Shown: piece by piece, positions 28,251 through 36,911 of the stretch
Layout of the letters: each line of letters starts with the position of its first letter
Position numbering within the stretch: position 1 is the stretch's first letter
IMG/VR virus record: IMGVR_UViG_3300007770_000878
Source: a virus
Taxonomy: Duplodnaviria > Heunggongvirae > Uroviricota > Caudoviricetes
Direction: 5' to 3' (one strand)
DNA length: 64,000 nucleotides
The notes under the pieces: generated by a model
Told to the model about the DNA's origin: nothing
What the model saw: only the letters and a program-made list of their open reading frames with translations
Databases searched by the model: none
Program-made: the position numbers and the translations under genes

Positions 28251-29183
28251 TTAACTCTCGTAGTCAAGCGAAAATTGCTCGACACCTTCCCGCCAATCCG
28301 GCAGAGGAATAGGTACTACATCAGCGAATTTGCTACAGTCGAGAGCCGTATGGTATGGCAGGAGCTTAGCGTCCCAGCCACCGAAGGCCTGCGACATCTG
28401 TTCGCGTGTAGTTGACCGGATCTTTAGCGGACGTCGTGAATTTGACGAGATTTCTTGCCCAAACTGGTAGGCAGAACAGTGACCTAGATTGCCAACGTGG
28501 TATACACCCGACGGCATTTCACGGTAGTGCCGCACCAACCAGACCAGAGCCTTGGCCAGGTGCGGAGCGTATGTCGGAGTGAAGATCATGTCGGAAGCAA
28601 GGGACACCTCTTCGCCACGGCGGTTATCCGCTTGACGAAGTATCCGGCTGACGAGGTTCTGGTTTTGTCGCCATGGGCGTTCGTACAGAAGTCCTGTGCG
28701 AATAACCCAGTACCGGAAGCCTTTTTGCCAAAACTCGGGGCAAACACATTGCCCAAGTCGGAGCACGCTGTGCTCAGCACATGCTTTCGTAATAGCCAGT
28801 TGGTGGCAAGGCACCACCGGATCGGTCTCCGTACGCGGCCTAGGGTCGCGGTTGGAGCCGAAAACACTGTCACAACTGATATGTACAAAAGGAATCCCGT
28901 GCAAGGCACATACCTTAACGAGATTGTCCGTCCCCTGAACGTTAGTCTGCCAGCAATCATTCCGCTTGTGTTCGGCAGTAACCCAATCCGTCATAGCAGC
29001 GGTATGGATAACAGCGGCTGGTCGCAGCAAAGGAATCAGTTCCTTGACCTTCGTCATGTCGGATACGTTGAAGGTCTCGCGGGGCTTGGCTATTACAGAC
29101 TCCTCGCCCAGCTGCCGCACCAGTTCCATCCCTAGCTGGCCGTTGGCTCCAGTGATCAGATATTGTTGGATGGATTCTGGCAT
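28251..29183 (-). CDS. NAD(P)-dependent sugar epimerase/reductase, dTDP-4-dehydrorhamnose reductase (RmlD)-like (310 aa)
   Basis: N-terminal Rossmann motif 'YLITGANGQLGMELVRQL' (RmlD: 'LLTGANGQVGREL'). Length and layout fit the RmlD/SDR extended family. Confidence 0.65.
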   Translation of the reverse strand: MPESIQQYLITGANGQLGMELVRQLGEESVIAKPRETFNVSDMTKVKELIPLLRPAAVIHTAAMTDWVTAEHKRNDCWQTNVQGTDNLVKVCALHGIPFVHISCDSVFGSNRDPRPRTETDPVVPCHQLAITKACAEHSVLRLGQCVCPEFWQKGFRYWVIRTGLLYERPWRQNQNLVSRILRQADNRRGEEVSLASDMIFTPTYAPHLAKALVWLVRHYREMPSGVYHVGNLGHCSAYQFGQEISSNSRRPLKIRSTTREQMSQAFGGWDAKLLPYHTALDCSKFADVVPIPLPDWREGVEQFSLDYES

Positions 29184-29918
29184 TTAGCTAACCGCAAATT
29201 TGTAGTGGGTGTCAATGACCGTACGAAGGTAATCAGAAGATTCTTCTGGTAAGGTCCACCTACCTTTATGGTCCGGGTTAGCGTGCAGACCCATGACGTG
29301 GAAATGGTCCCACGTGTTGTGTCCTGTGAAAAACCGCAAGTAGAGGTGCGGGTTGGCTGCATTATCAAGAACGATCATTTTGTCCTTGAAGTGGTCTTGC
29401 AAAAAGTGGTCGTCCTCAGCTTTACGCTCAGAACGATAGGCCAGGCCTGGTTTGTTGGGGTGCAGAACGGTGCCGGGAATGGCCGGGTTGGGTTTGTAAG
29501 GCCACCGAAAAGCTTTCGCAGAATCGTTAGGAAAACTGTATCGGACTTGACACTTTAGCAAAACGGCGTGGTCGTCAACGGCCTCGTCCATCTGCATAGC
29601 GATTCGCCAAGGATGGTACCAGTCGTCATCGTCCCACTGTATAACCCATTCGCCGTCAGCTTTCTCTAAGCCTTTGTTACGAAGATCGCCTAGTGTGTAA
29701 GCTCCTGACGGAAATGTCGATTCTCTAATATCGGTACCAGGGGGTAAACTGGTAGACAGGAACGGTAACAACGGCACTTTGCCGTCATTGATGATGACCA
29801 ATTCCTTATTGGGCCAGGTTTGCGACAAGAAGCTCTGTACTGCCGCCAGAGCATACGGTGCTCTTTCAGGATCCTTCCCGGTGACCATTACAGCAGTCAC
29901 TAACGGGATGTTGGACAT
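29184..29918 (-). CDS. glycosyltransferase, GT-A fold / family 2-like (244 aa)
   Basis: 'VTAVMVTGKDPERAPYALAAVQSFLSQTWPNKELVIINDG' and an acidic 'WDDDDW' (DxD-like) motif. Confidence 0.55.
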   Translation of the reverse strand: MSNIPLVTAVMVTGKDPERAPYALAAVQSFLSQTWPNKELVIINDGKVPLLPFLSTSLPPGTDIRESTFPSGAYTLGDLRNKGLEKADGEWVIQWDDDDWYHPWRIAMQMDEAVDDHAVLLKCQVRYSFPNDSAKAFRWPYKPNPAIPGTVLHPNKPGLAYRSERKAEDDHFLQDHFKDKMIVLDNAANPHLYLRFFTGHNTWDHFHVMGLHANPDHKGRWTLPEESSDYLRTVIDTHYKFAVS

Positions 29919-29985
29919 TCGCTGCTCCTAAGGAGGATGAACCGGTTCTCCTTTAGATTATCCCTGTCAAGAGCAATTTGTCAAG

Positions 29986-30035
29986 CAGCAGCTAATAGCT
30001 AAAGCGAGGGGGAGTGGTTCGGATAGAGCCCTCCC
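29986..30035 (-). promoter_or_regulatory. degenerate fourth copy: 'TAATAGCTAAAG' + hairpin ('GCGAGGGGGAG...CTCCCTCGC')
   Basis: Same architecture (AGCTA core next to a GC hairpin) in the intergenic space upstream of the GT gene starting at 29918. The T-tract is only 3 nt. Confidence 0.35.
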
Positions 30036-30056
30036 TCGCCCTAGCCACCTCTCCGA

Positions 30057-30719
30057 TTAGGAGCGGCGGCTATCCTGCACCTCGAAGCAACGCCGCCTAA
30101 TCAGGACGGCTTCGTACTGCTCAGCAGCTTTTCTCGTAGCGAATGGTTGGCCTTGGTCGTCCAGGTAAGTTCGATGCCCGAATAATACCCGAAACTTTGG
30201 TTCCCACTCGATTACAAACGCGGAAGGATGCAAAGCAGCGAACTCGAGGTAACATCTTCCCCCCTGGGAAAATGAGGCACACAGCCGATCCCAGAAGGTG
30301 GGTGGCTTAACTCGGTCGATAGTGCAAACTATGCCCAGCTTGGGTAGAGGCTTGAGGGGCGGGTAATCCGATGTTTCGTCGAGATCGACCACGTTAGGCC
30401 GGGCCGGGCGGTTGTAGTTAGCCACAACCCCGCGTTCGCCGTTATTCCAGCGATCACGTAAATCTGGAACATCTACTCCCATAATAAATTGGCCACTGCA
30501 GGTCGGGCAGCGGATACTCAGCATCAGGGCTTCGCCAAACACCACAGGCTTGACGCCGCAATCGCAAGGTTTCAACTCAGGTATGGTGGTCATGTGCCCT
30601 CCATGTAAAAAAGGTGTTCTGGCAAGAGCCAACTCCAATTCGGCGGCGACTGCCCTCGCCACTGGATAATCCCTGATCCTTGTTGGGACTCCGTCCCAAA
30701 GCGATGAGGGCTCCTCCAT
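30057..30719 (-). CDS. hypothetical Cys-rich protein (220 aa), putative zinc-binding
   Basis: 'CDCGVKPVVFGEALMLSIRCPTCSGQF' CxC...CxxC cluster. Confidence 0.45.
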   Translation of the reverse strand: MEEPSSLWDGVPTRIRDYPVARAVAAELELALARTPFLHGGHMTTIPELKPCDCGVKPVVFGEALMLSIRCPTCSGQFIMGVDVPDLRDRWNNGERGVVANYNRPARPNVVDLDETSDYPPLKPLPKLGIVCTIDRVKPPTFWDRLCASFSQGGRCYLEFAALHPSAFVIEWEPKFRVLFGHRTYLDDQGQPFATRKAAEQYEAVLIRRRCFEVQDSRRS

Positions 30720-30750
30720 GAAAAATCACTCGCCAGAACACCACGATCGT

Positions 30751-31152
30751 CTACTTCTTTGCTTTGGACGGTTTTGGCGAACCGTACTTGCTGCGGCCTT
30801 GGTTTCGCCGCTGCTTGTTAGCACCTTCGGTAACGCCGATACAGTCAAGCGTACCGCGAACAACACGGTACTTAACGCCGGACAGATCAGGTGGGCCGCC
30901 GCCTCGCACGAGCACGGTGTTGTGCTCCACGATGTTGTGGCCTTCGCCCGGAATGTGGCACGTCGCCTCGTTGCCATCGGCAAACCGGACCCGACACACC
31001 TTGCGGTTAGCTGAGTTGGGCTTACGCGGCAACATCACCCAAGCCTTTAGCACTGTTCCTCGCCGCTGCGGGTTTTCCTGCATCAGCCGGTGCTTGGACT
31101 TGTTCCTTGGCTTTCTGCGGTTCTTGCGAACCAGTTGGTTGGTTGTTGGCAT
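30751..31152 (-). CDS. rpsL: ribosomal protein uS12 (RpsL) homolog with C-terminal basic extension (133 aa)
   Basis: '[10 protein letters not shown]...[65 protein letters not shown]...RSKYGSPKP' aligns residue-for-residue with bacterial S12 ('NQLVRK...[65 protein letters not shown]...RSKYGVKRPK'). SD 'AGGAG' lies upstream. Confidence 0.85.
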   Translation of the reverse strand: MPTTNQLVRKNRRKPRNKSKHRLMQENPQRRGTVLKAWVMLPRKPNSANRKVCRVRFADGNEATCHIPGEGHNIVEHNTVLVRGGGPPDLSGVKYRVVRGTLDCIGVTEGANKQRRNQGRSKYGSPKPSKAKK

Positions 31153-31185
31153 CCGTACTCCTAGCCATGGTTGTTAAAAGCAAAA

Positions 31186-31211
31186 GCACCGGGATCTTTG
31201 GGTCCCGGTGC
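31186..31211 (-). terminator. intrinsic-terminator-like hairpin + U-tract (minus-strand sense) between the SPFH gene and rpsL
   Basis: Plus strand: A-rich 'aaaagcaaaa', then 'gcaccggga tctttggg tcccggtgc' (9-bp stem). In minus orientation this is a hairpin followed by 'TTTTGCTTTT'. Confidence 0.55.
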
Positions 31212-31243
31212 TTCACTTCAGCAGTTGCGTTGGCAACTCACGT

Positions 31244-32725
31244 TTACTCGACGGGCTTCGTCGCGTCTTTGGGAATGATCCCCAGGGCTCGCAACAGTGT
31301 AAGGTTGATCAGATTGCTTTGGAGATTTTCTCCGCCACCACCTGAGTCACTACCTTTACCGCCGACGATGACGACGCCTGGTACCTTTAACCCAGCAAGG
31401 GCTGTGGCGACCTTAGCATCGCGTTCGGCAGCGATCTCTGCAAGAACGCGTTCTTCTTCCGACAGAGCACCGCCGATCTCCAGAGCCTTTTGTTTGGCTT
31501 CGGCGACGGCAATCTCGGCCTTCTTATCCTCTTCCGCGATCTTGACCTGGACTTCGGCAATCTCAAATCGGGTGTCGGCTTCCAGCTTTTCTTGCTGGGC
31601 CACCTCGACCTTTTGTGTAGCCTCGGTCACGGCTTTATCTTTGTTGATGATTGCCACAGCCGCCTCTTTCTCGGCGGATACTGTCGCGGCCATCTTCTCT
31701 TTGTTTCCCTCTTGCTCGATACGGGCAACTTCAGATTCACCTTCAGCGATGATCTTCAGCTTCTCTTGTACGAACTGCTGTCGTTGGGCCTTAGCCTGTT
31801 CCGCCAGCAAGAACGATTCTTTCTTCGCAGCGAACTGTTTGAGGGTCTCTGGATCATAGTCAATATCGGTAACCGAGAATTGCTCAACCCCGATACCGTA
31901 CTTGGTCAGTGGCGATGCTTCAGCGATCAGCGGCTTACCTGTCTCGGTATCTCGCACGATCTCTGTCGCCATAACCTCGGTAGGCTTCTCGCGAAGAACG
32001 GGAGCCTTACCGTCCGCGTTGGCCTCTACTTCGATCAACGCCTGATCTTCGAGAGTAACTCTTGTTTGTCGCATCACGTATAGGCCGTCTTGCATCATGT
32101 TCTGAATGACTTGAGCAAACTCGGCTTTGCGTGACGCCTGGTTCTCGCTAGCAGACATTAGCGGTGCCGCCGCTTTAACGCAGTTAACAAGGTGAGCCCG
32201 TACCGCCTGCGAGGTGTTGTCAATGTTCGCAGAATACACACGGTGGAATGCTCGACGTTGGTCCTCCTCTGGGGGAGTGGAGAACCTAACGTACACCGAC
32301 ACCTTAGCGGTGCCGCCGTCGTTAAAGGTGCACCGAATCGAATCGTCCTCTTCACCGCCTTCCTTGTGGTGGGCCGAGTAGAACGAGTCACGGTAACGCG
32401 GGTAGTCAGTTACGGTACCGAACATGTTGAGGTAGTAACCGCCACGGTCAATCACCGTGATCTTGCCCGTAACAGACTGGTGGATTTGCCACTGGTCGTC
32501 GCGGTTGTACCCCATATTTCCAAACAAAACAATCAGTGCGACGACGCCGAGAACGGCGGCGGCTGCGTAGGCAAAGTGCTTACGTTCCATGGGTGAATTG
32601 CTCCTACCTGGGTTTGCCAGGATTTGCATGGTCTTGTTTGTCTGCAAGGCCGTGTGCCTCCAGACGTCTACGCGATGCGTCAAGACGTTCGGCTTCAAGA
32701 CGGTTAGCCTCGACCCTGTTCGCAA
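31244..32725 (-). CDS. SPFH/band-7 (flotillin/HflKC-like) membrane protein (track ORF 493 aa; likely start at internal 'MERKHF...')
   Basis: N-terminal TM 'AAAVLGVVALIVLFGNM'. SPFH core followed by a long Ala/Glu/Lys coiled-coil ('IAEGESEVARIEQEG...EIAAERDAKVATALAGL') and 'LINLTLLRALGIIP'. Confidence 0.7.
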   Translation of the reverse strand: MRTGSRLTVLKPNVLTHRVDVWRHTALQTNKTMQILANPGRSNSPMERKHFAYAAAAVLGVVALIVLFGNMGYNRDDQWQIHQSVTGKITVIDRGGYYLNMFGTVTDYPRYRDSFYSAHHKEGGEEDDSIRCTFNDGGTAKVSVYVRFSTPPEEDQRRAFHRVYSANIDNTSQAVRAHLVNCVKAAAPLMSASENQASRKAEFAQVIQNMMQDGLYVMRQTRVTLEDQALIEVEANADGKAPVLREKPTEVMATEIVRDTETGKPLIAEASPLTKYGIGVEQFSVTDIDYDPETLKQFAAKKESFLLAEQAKAQRQQFVQEKLKIIAEGESEVARIEQEGNKEKMAATVSAEKEAAVAIINKDKAVTEATQKVEVAQQEKLEADTRFEIAEVQVKIAEEDKKAEIAVAEAKQKALEIGGALSEEERVLAEIAAERDAKVATALAGLKVPGVVIVGGKGSDSGGGGENLQSNLINLTLLRALGIIPKDATKPVE

Positions 32726-32897
32726 GGTCGGCTCGAGCTTCGTCGATGTTGCCAGTCAATTCACTGTCAGTGGGCTTGTGCCCCAGAAATACGTCAACAA
32801 GGCGTCCAAACCATGGGCTATGCGTCAGCTTAGTGGCTAACCACACGATGGCCGCGACTAGCCCCAAAACAATCAGCAAGCGAATCAGAATGAACAT
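32604..32897 (-). CDS. small single-pass membrane protein with coiled-coil (about 98 aa; internal start 'MFILIRLLIVLG...' of track ORF 32604..32981), possible SPFH partner
   Basis: TM 'FILIRLLIVLGLVAAIVWLA' then a charged helix. The start codon overlaps the stop of the upstream gene, which suggests translational coupling. Sits immediately upstream of the SPFH gene, as NfeD-like partners do (inference). Confidence 0.4.
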   Translation of the reverse strand: MFILIRLLIVLGLVAAIVWLATKLTHSPWFGRLVDVFLGHKPTDSELTGNIDEARADLANRVEANRLEAERLDASRRRLEAHGLADKQDHANPGKPR

Positions 32898-33547
32898 TAC
32901 CTTAACCCTTCTTCCTCCCACATCCTTTGAGCGATGCGATCTCGAGACAAACGACACCGCTCGCAACCGCAGGTTTGACAACCCGCACTGTATGTCCGTC
33001 CGGACATTTCGTCGTGAAACGGCTGGGAGAATATGGCAGAACCGTGTTCGTAGTAATTGTGGGGCGATGCTGGCGGATCACCGTTACGCCCAGGGTTTCG
33101 TAACCGACGCGACCGGCGGTAAGTATCGGTACCGGTACGGTCAGGAAACGGGATCGGTTTCTGTCGCCGACGAAACTCGTCCAGCAGCGACTGTCGAAGT
33201 TTTGACAGATCAACAGACCAGGCGTTGTCGTCGAAGAAGTTTAGGACACTGATTTCCTGACGTTCGCGACTGCAATTGGGACAACGTGCTGTCCACCTAC
33301 CGGCCTCGTATCTGATCGTGTCCATGACCGCGATCAGTGGTCGTATGCTGCCACAATAGCTGCAGTCACCTACGGACGGGTGAATTACTCCTTCGGAACT
33401 TACAGTTAGCTCCAGGTACCGCTGACACTGTGTAGTCATTGTTTCGATCCTTCCTTTGTTGTCGGGACCATGCGACTCCTCTCTAGTTATCGCTAAACGG
33501 TGCGTAGTACGGGTGTGCTCGCTCCTCAGGCTTGTCAAAAAGTTCAA
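32897..33547 (-). CDS. hypothetical zinc-ribbon protein (216 aa)
   Basis: 'CSYCGS...CPNCSRERQ' and 'CQTCGCERCRLS' Cys clusters. Confidence 0.45.
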   Translation of the reverse strand: MNFLTSLRSEHTRTTHRLAITREESHGPDNKGRIETMTTQCQRYLELTVSSEGVIHPSVGDCSYCGSIRPLIAVMDTIRYEAGRWTARCPNCSRERQEISVLNFFDDNAWSVDLSKLRQSLLDEFRRRQKPIPFPDRTGTDTYRRSRRLRNPGRNGDPPASPHNYYEHGSAIFSQPFHDEMSGRTYSAGCQTCGCERCRLSRDRIAQRMWEEEGLR

Positions 33548-34085
33548 ACCCGGTCTCCTCGTGTAGGGCCGAGAGTCCCGCTACGCCTAAGGCTTTGAAG
33601 ATTTCGTCAGACAGATCACTGCTGTTTTCTGCATGGTAGGTAGCCATGGCATTGATCTCGACTTCGGCGGATACGAGCTTAGAGAGCCAGGACAGCATCG
33701 CCGCCAACTCTTGTGGCGGACACGTCGGAGTAATAACGTTTGCGTGCTCAACTCGCTCGATCCAGTCGGCTGATCCTAAGTCAGGTGGAAGTTCGTTTAC
33801 AGCCTGTAGTCGCTGAAGTAGCTTAGCAGGTGTAAGAAGTTCCTTCGGGAAGGCCAGCAGGTAGATCGTGCCGCCCTCAGAGGTTTCAATAGTGTACGCG
33901 TCAACGGCCTCAGCCGCAACTTCCTCATCGTCCACGTCAACCAGCGGTTGTATTATACGTAGGACGGTGAGGAAGGATTTCTCGGATGGGCTTACAAATA
34001 ACCACTTGTGTGCGTCCCGCAGCATCGAAAGTAGTCGACGACGAATCTCGCCTTCCGGGAGAGATTCACCTGGTAGTGGTTGCAC
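33483..34085 (-). CDS. hypothetical acidic protein (200 aa)
   Basis: ORF; no motif. Confidence 0.45.
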   Translation of the reverse strand: MQPLPGESLPEGEIRRRLLSMLRDAHKWLFVSPSEKSFLTVLRIIQPLVDVDDEEVAAEAVDAYTIETSEGGTIYLLAFPKELLTPAKLLQRLQAVNELPPDLGSADWIERVEHANVITPTCPPQELAAMLSWLSKLVSAEVEINAMATYHAENSSDLSDEIFKALGVAGLSALHEETGFELFDKPEERAHPYYAPFSDN

Positions 34086-34235
34086 GTGGTCTCCAGTGTT
34101 GTCGTTGTTACGACTTGAAGATCGACATTAGTAGTCGGCTGCCACCGATACAGAAGACGATGAACAGCATACCTTTTAGCCAGTCAGGGAATTGACCAAC
34201 TTCCGTAGCGAACAAATCCATTGTGCACCTCTTCC

Positions 34236-35066
34236 TCAATAGAGTACGATTTGGCTCGGGTTCATGAAAATACGGCCCATTCCGGCTTCCCGCATTTTGC
34301 GGTGAAATGGGACATGCTCGCAGTCCGAACCGTCGTACGAGCACCGCAACATTGCCTCTACACGATAAACCCCTAACCCGCCGAAGCAGGAGTAGAGCGG
34401 AACTAAAGCTTCGCCCCGGTTCCAGCGTCGGGGATTGATCTTTGGTGCAAAGCAAGGTTGATAGGTGCCTTGCCAGCGAAATGCCCAGACGTCGAAGTAG
34501 ACTGGGTAGTTGTTCTGGCCGTTAAAGTGTTTGAACATGATCCCGTTGCTTCCAACGAAGTCCCATGCCTCGGTCTTGGAAAAGGTGTGGGCGATGCCGT
34601 CGTAGCTCCACCCGCCAGTCAGGTCGGTATCAAGTACGATGACGTTATCTACGTCAGGGTACTTCTCCGCAATTTTGAGTCGGCACTGATTTCGGTAGTG
34701 AGCCATACGGGCTGCCCGGTTTAGACACCGGATTTGCGGATTCACAGGATCGCCCCGGCGTTCAGACGTAAGGTCTACGCTGGAGTTGGAATCAGCCCAA
34801 GCCTGTAACAATTCAGGCGTACGGTCGCGAGAGTCGTTTTCGTAAAGCACCACACGGTAGTCCTGAAACAGCTCTCCTAGCCGCTCAATGCGGGAGGTTG
34901 TTATCGGGACTGCCTTTTCGATGTTACGAGCGAGACCAGCGATCACTACCGATCGTTCCTTCATTACCTCGTATCCGTAGGTAACCTCTTGCTGATATGC
35001 TTCGGCGAGGTTACTCGTGGGAGGAAATCGGTCTTCGTCAAATACCGCAAAACTGGGATCAGTCAT
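34236..35066 (-). CDS. hypothetical protein, possible glycosyltransferase-like enzyme (276 aa)
   Basis: 'VIVLDTDLTGGW' (DxD-like) and 'CFGGLGVYRV...CEHVPFH'. Assignment is weak. Confidence 0.4.
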   Translation of the reverse strand: MTDPSFAVFDEDRFPPTSNLAEAYQQEVTYGYEVMKERSVVIAGLARNIEKAVPITTSRIERLGELFQDYRVVLYENDSRDRTPELLQAWADSNSSVDLTSERRGDPVNPQIRCLNRAARMAHYRNQCRLKIAEKYPDVDNVIVLDTDLTGGWSYDGIAHTFSKTEAWDFVGSNGIMFKHFNGQNNYPVYFDVWAFRWQGTYQPCFAPKINPRRWNRGEALVPLYSCFGGLGVYRVEAMLRCSYDGSDCEHVPFHRKMREAGMGRIFMNPSQIVLY

Positions 35067-35125
35067 TTGGGTTCCTAGAATCAGGTGGCGATCTACCTGA
35101 TTCTACCCTACCTCTCCGGAACTGG

Positions 35126-35587
35126 CTACAGATCGAGACGGGCGTCTGCGTACAGTGCTTGGAGCTTACCGTACGCTCGAGCTATATTACCGACCAACCG
35201 TGTTCGGTCGAACGCCTCTTGCATAAACGAAAGGCGTTGGCCAGCGGCAGCTTCGAGCATTGCTGTTCGGTAATCTTCCATTACCTTGTCAGCGTCTTTT
35301 GCCGCGTACTGATACTCGGCGGAAGCGGTGTCTATGTTACCAATAACTCGGCAGAAGTGACGAAACTGCCGAGTGCCTGGATACAGCTGCGTAAAGTCGA
35401 AGAAAGGTAACTCCGTACGCAGCTGTACGTTCATGGCTGCAGAGTACAGTACACGCCATTCCGCGTCTATGTAGTTTTGAAACCCAGGTAAGATTACCGC
35501 AACATCGTCGAGATGCAACTCTCGCCTGAAATTCGGCAACAAGGGAGGTAGAGGCAATATTGTGCTGGTCATATGTAAGAAAAACAC
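35126..35587 (-). CDS. hypothetical protein (153 aa)
   Basis: ORF. Confidence 0.4.
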   Translation of the reverse strand: MFFLHMTSTILPLPPLLPNFRRELHLDDVAVILPGFQNYIDAEWRVLYSAAMNVQLRTELPFFDFTQLYPGTRQFRHFCRVIGNIDTASAEYQYAAKDADKVMEDYRTAMLEAAAGQRLSFMQEAFDRTRLVGNIARAYGKLQALYADARLDL

Positions 35588-35636
35588 CCCTGGATTTCTT
35601 ACAATCCAGGGGTGTTAGTTGTGACCGCCGGACCGG

Positions 35637-36182
35637 CTACGACGAAACCGGGTTGGCAGGGTTGGGGTCAACCGCTTGGTCGCTAGTGTCCGAGGACGCA
35701 CCATCTTCGGAGGTTTCCGAAGACATGGTTGGCGAAAGCTGCGATGAGCCGTCCTGGGCAGTAGGTTCTTCGATCACGGTACCCGGGCCAAAGAGTTCAG
35801 CCAGACTCAGGCTTCTGCCCGTGTTCGATCCGCCGCCGCTGTTGAGCATCGTCATGAGTCCGCCAAGCCGTTCGGTCATTAGTTCCGCTAGGCCTTGCCG
35901 ATGCGGGCTCTCCGCCGCGAGTGCTGTCGCCAGTGTCGTTGACGTCGCGTCGGCCATGGCGTTGATCTCGTCGATGGCACCGTCGATGATGTCCCGACAG
36001 GCCGCGAGGTCTGTGGCCTCGCAACACAACGTAAGGTTGTTGACGGATTGTCGAAGGGCCTGCAGTGCCTCAACGGCTGCGTTGGCCTTCTCCATTGTGG
36101 TTTCCAAAATGCCGTGGGTCAGGATCCCGGCCTTGGCATTCTCTTCCGTACCGACATAAATCATCTGGGGTCGTGTGGTCAT
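35637..36182 (-). CDS. hypothetical protein (181 aa)
   Basis: ORF; Ala-rich helical N-terminus, Ser/Asp-rich tail. Confidence 0.4.
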   Translation of the reverse strand: MTTRPQMIYVGTEENAKAGILTHGILETTMEKANAAVEALQALRQSVNNLTLCCEATDLAACRDIIDGAIDEINAMADATSTTLATALAAESPHRQGLAELMTERLGGLMTMLNSGGGSNTGRSLSLAELFGPGTVIEEPTAQDGSSQLSPTMSSETSEDGASSDTSDQAVDPNPANPVSS

Positions 36183-36272
36183 GTTCCTCGTAGCTCCTAG
36201 CTAAGGAATAAGGGGGAAATCGTCCCGACATAATTGGGGGCGTATCATTTCATTATGACACGTTTCGCCACG

Positions 36273-36584
36273 TTATTCAGAGCTAGGGAGCGAGTTGACC
36301 ACGAGCTTCCCTTCGAAGTCAAAATCCAGGTCGGTGCCAGGATAGTGTAGCGTAAAACGACAATGGGTACCTTGTGGGTTGACCTGGAAAGAGTTCTCTA
36401 ACCGGTCTACGAATTCGGCTCCTTGTTGAATAGACTTCTCGAGTTTGCGGAGGGAGTCGGGGGTCTCCGGAGCGGCTAAATCTGGCCCCAGGTTTTCTGC
36501 AAACCGGTGTAGTACAGCCTCGATTAGCCCACGTGTAGTGCACATGGCCATTCGATTGAGTTCGTCTTGTTTTGGTTTGTTCAT
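36273..36584 (-). CDS. hypothetical protein (103 aa)
   Basis: ORF, followed downstream by a 330-bp non-coding region. Confidence 0.4.
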   Translation of the reverse strand: MNKPKQDELNRMAMCTTRGLIEAVLHRFAENLGPDLAAPETPDSLRKLEKSIQQGAEFVDRLENSFQVNPQGTHCRFTLHYPGTDLDFDFEGKLVVNSLPSSE

Positions 36585-36911
36585 AATAAAAATGGTGCTA
36601 GGTAGTCACACCCTGACCGTTTAAGCTTTCAGGTAAGCAACGAACCCCAAAGGCTCCGTATCACAGGTTATAACGCCGTTCGATTTCAAGGGGAGGATAC
36701 GCCCTTACGCAAAAACCCTCGAGGCCATAAGGCCGTCGTCCACTAACTACCAGAACGGTCTACGTGCGGGGTAAGGGAGACCGTCGCCAAAGTTGGCCCC
36801 ACTATGCAAAACCAACAGCGGCTAAGAGTGGTTGTTACTGACCGCACTCAAACCACTCCAACTCACACCGCCCCTAGTATACCATCAGGGCGGTGTGAAG
36901 CCGTATAGGGC

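Noticed and set aside
31107-33252. Plus-strand ORFs 31107..31859 (250 aa), 31490..32083 and 32536..33252 (238 aa)
   Set aside because: They lie antisense to the SPFH coiled-coil gene and neighbours. Composition is Ser/Ala/Arg/Leu-rich antisense-like, with no start context or motifs.
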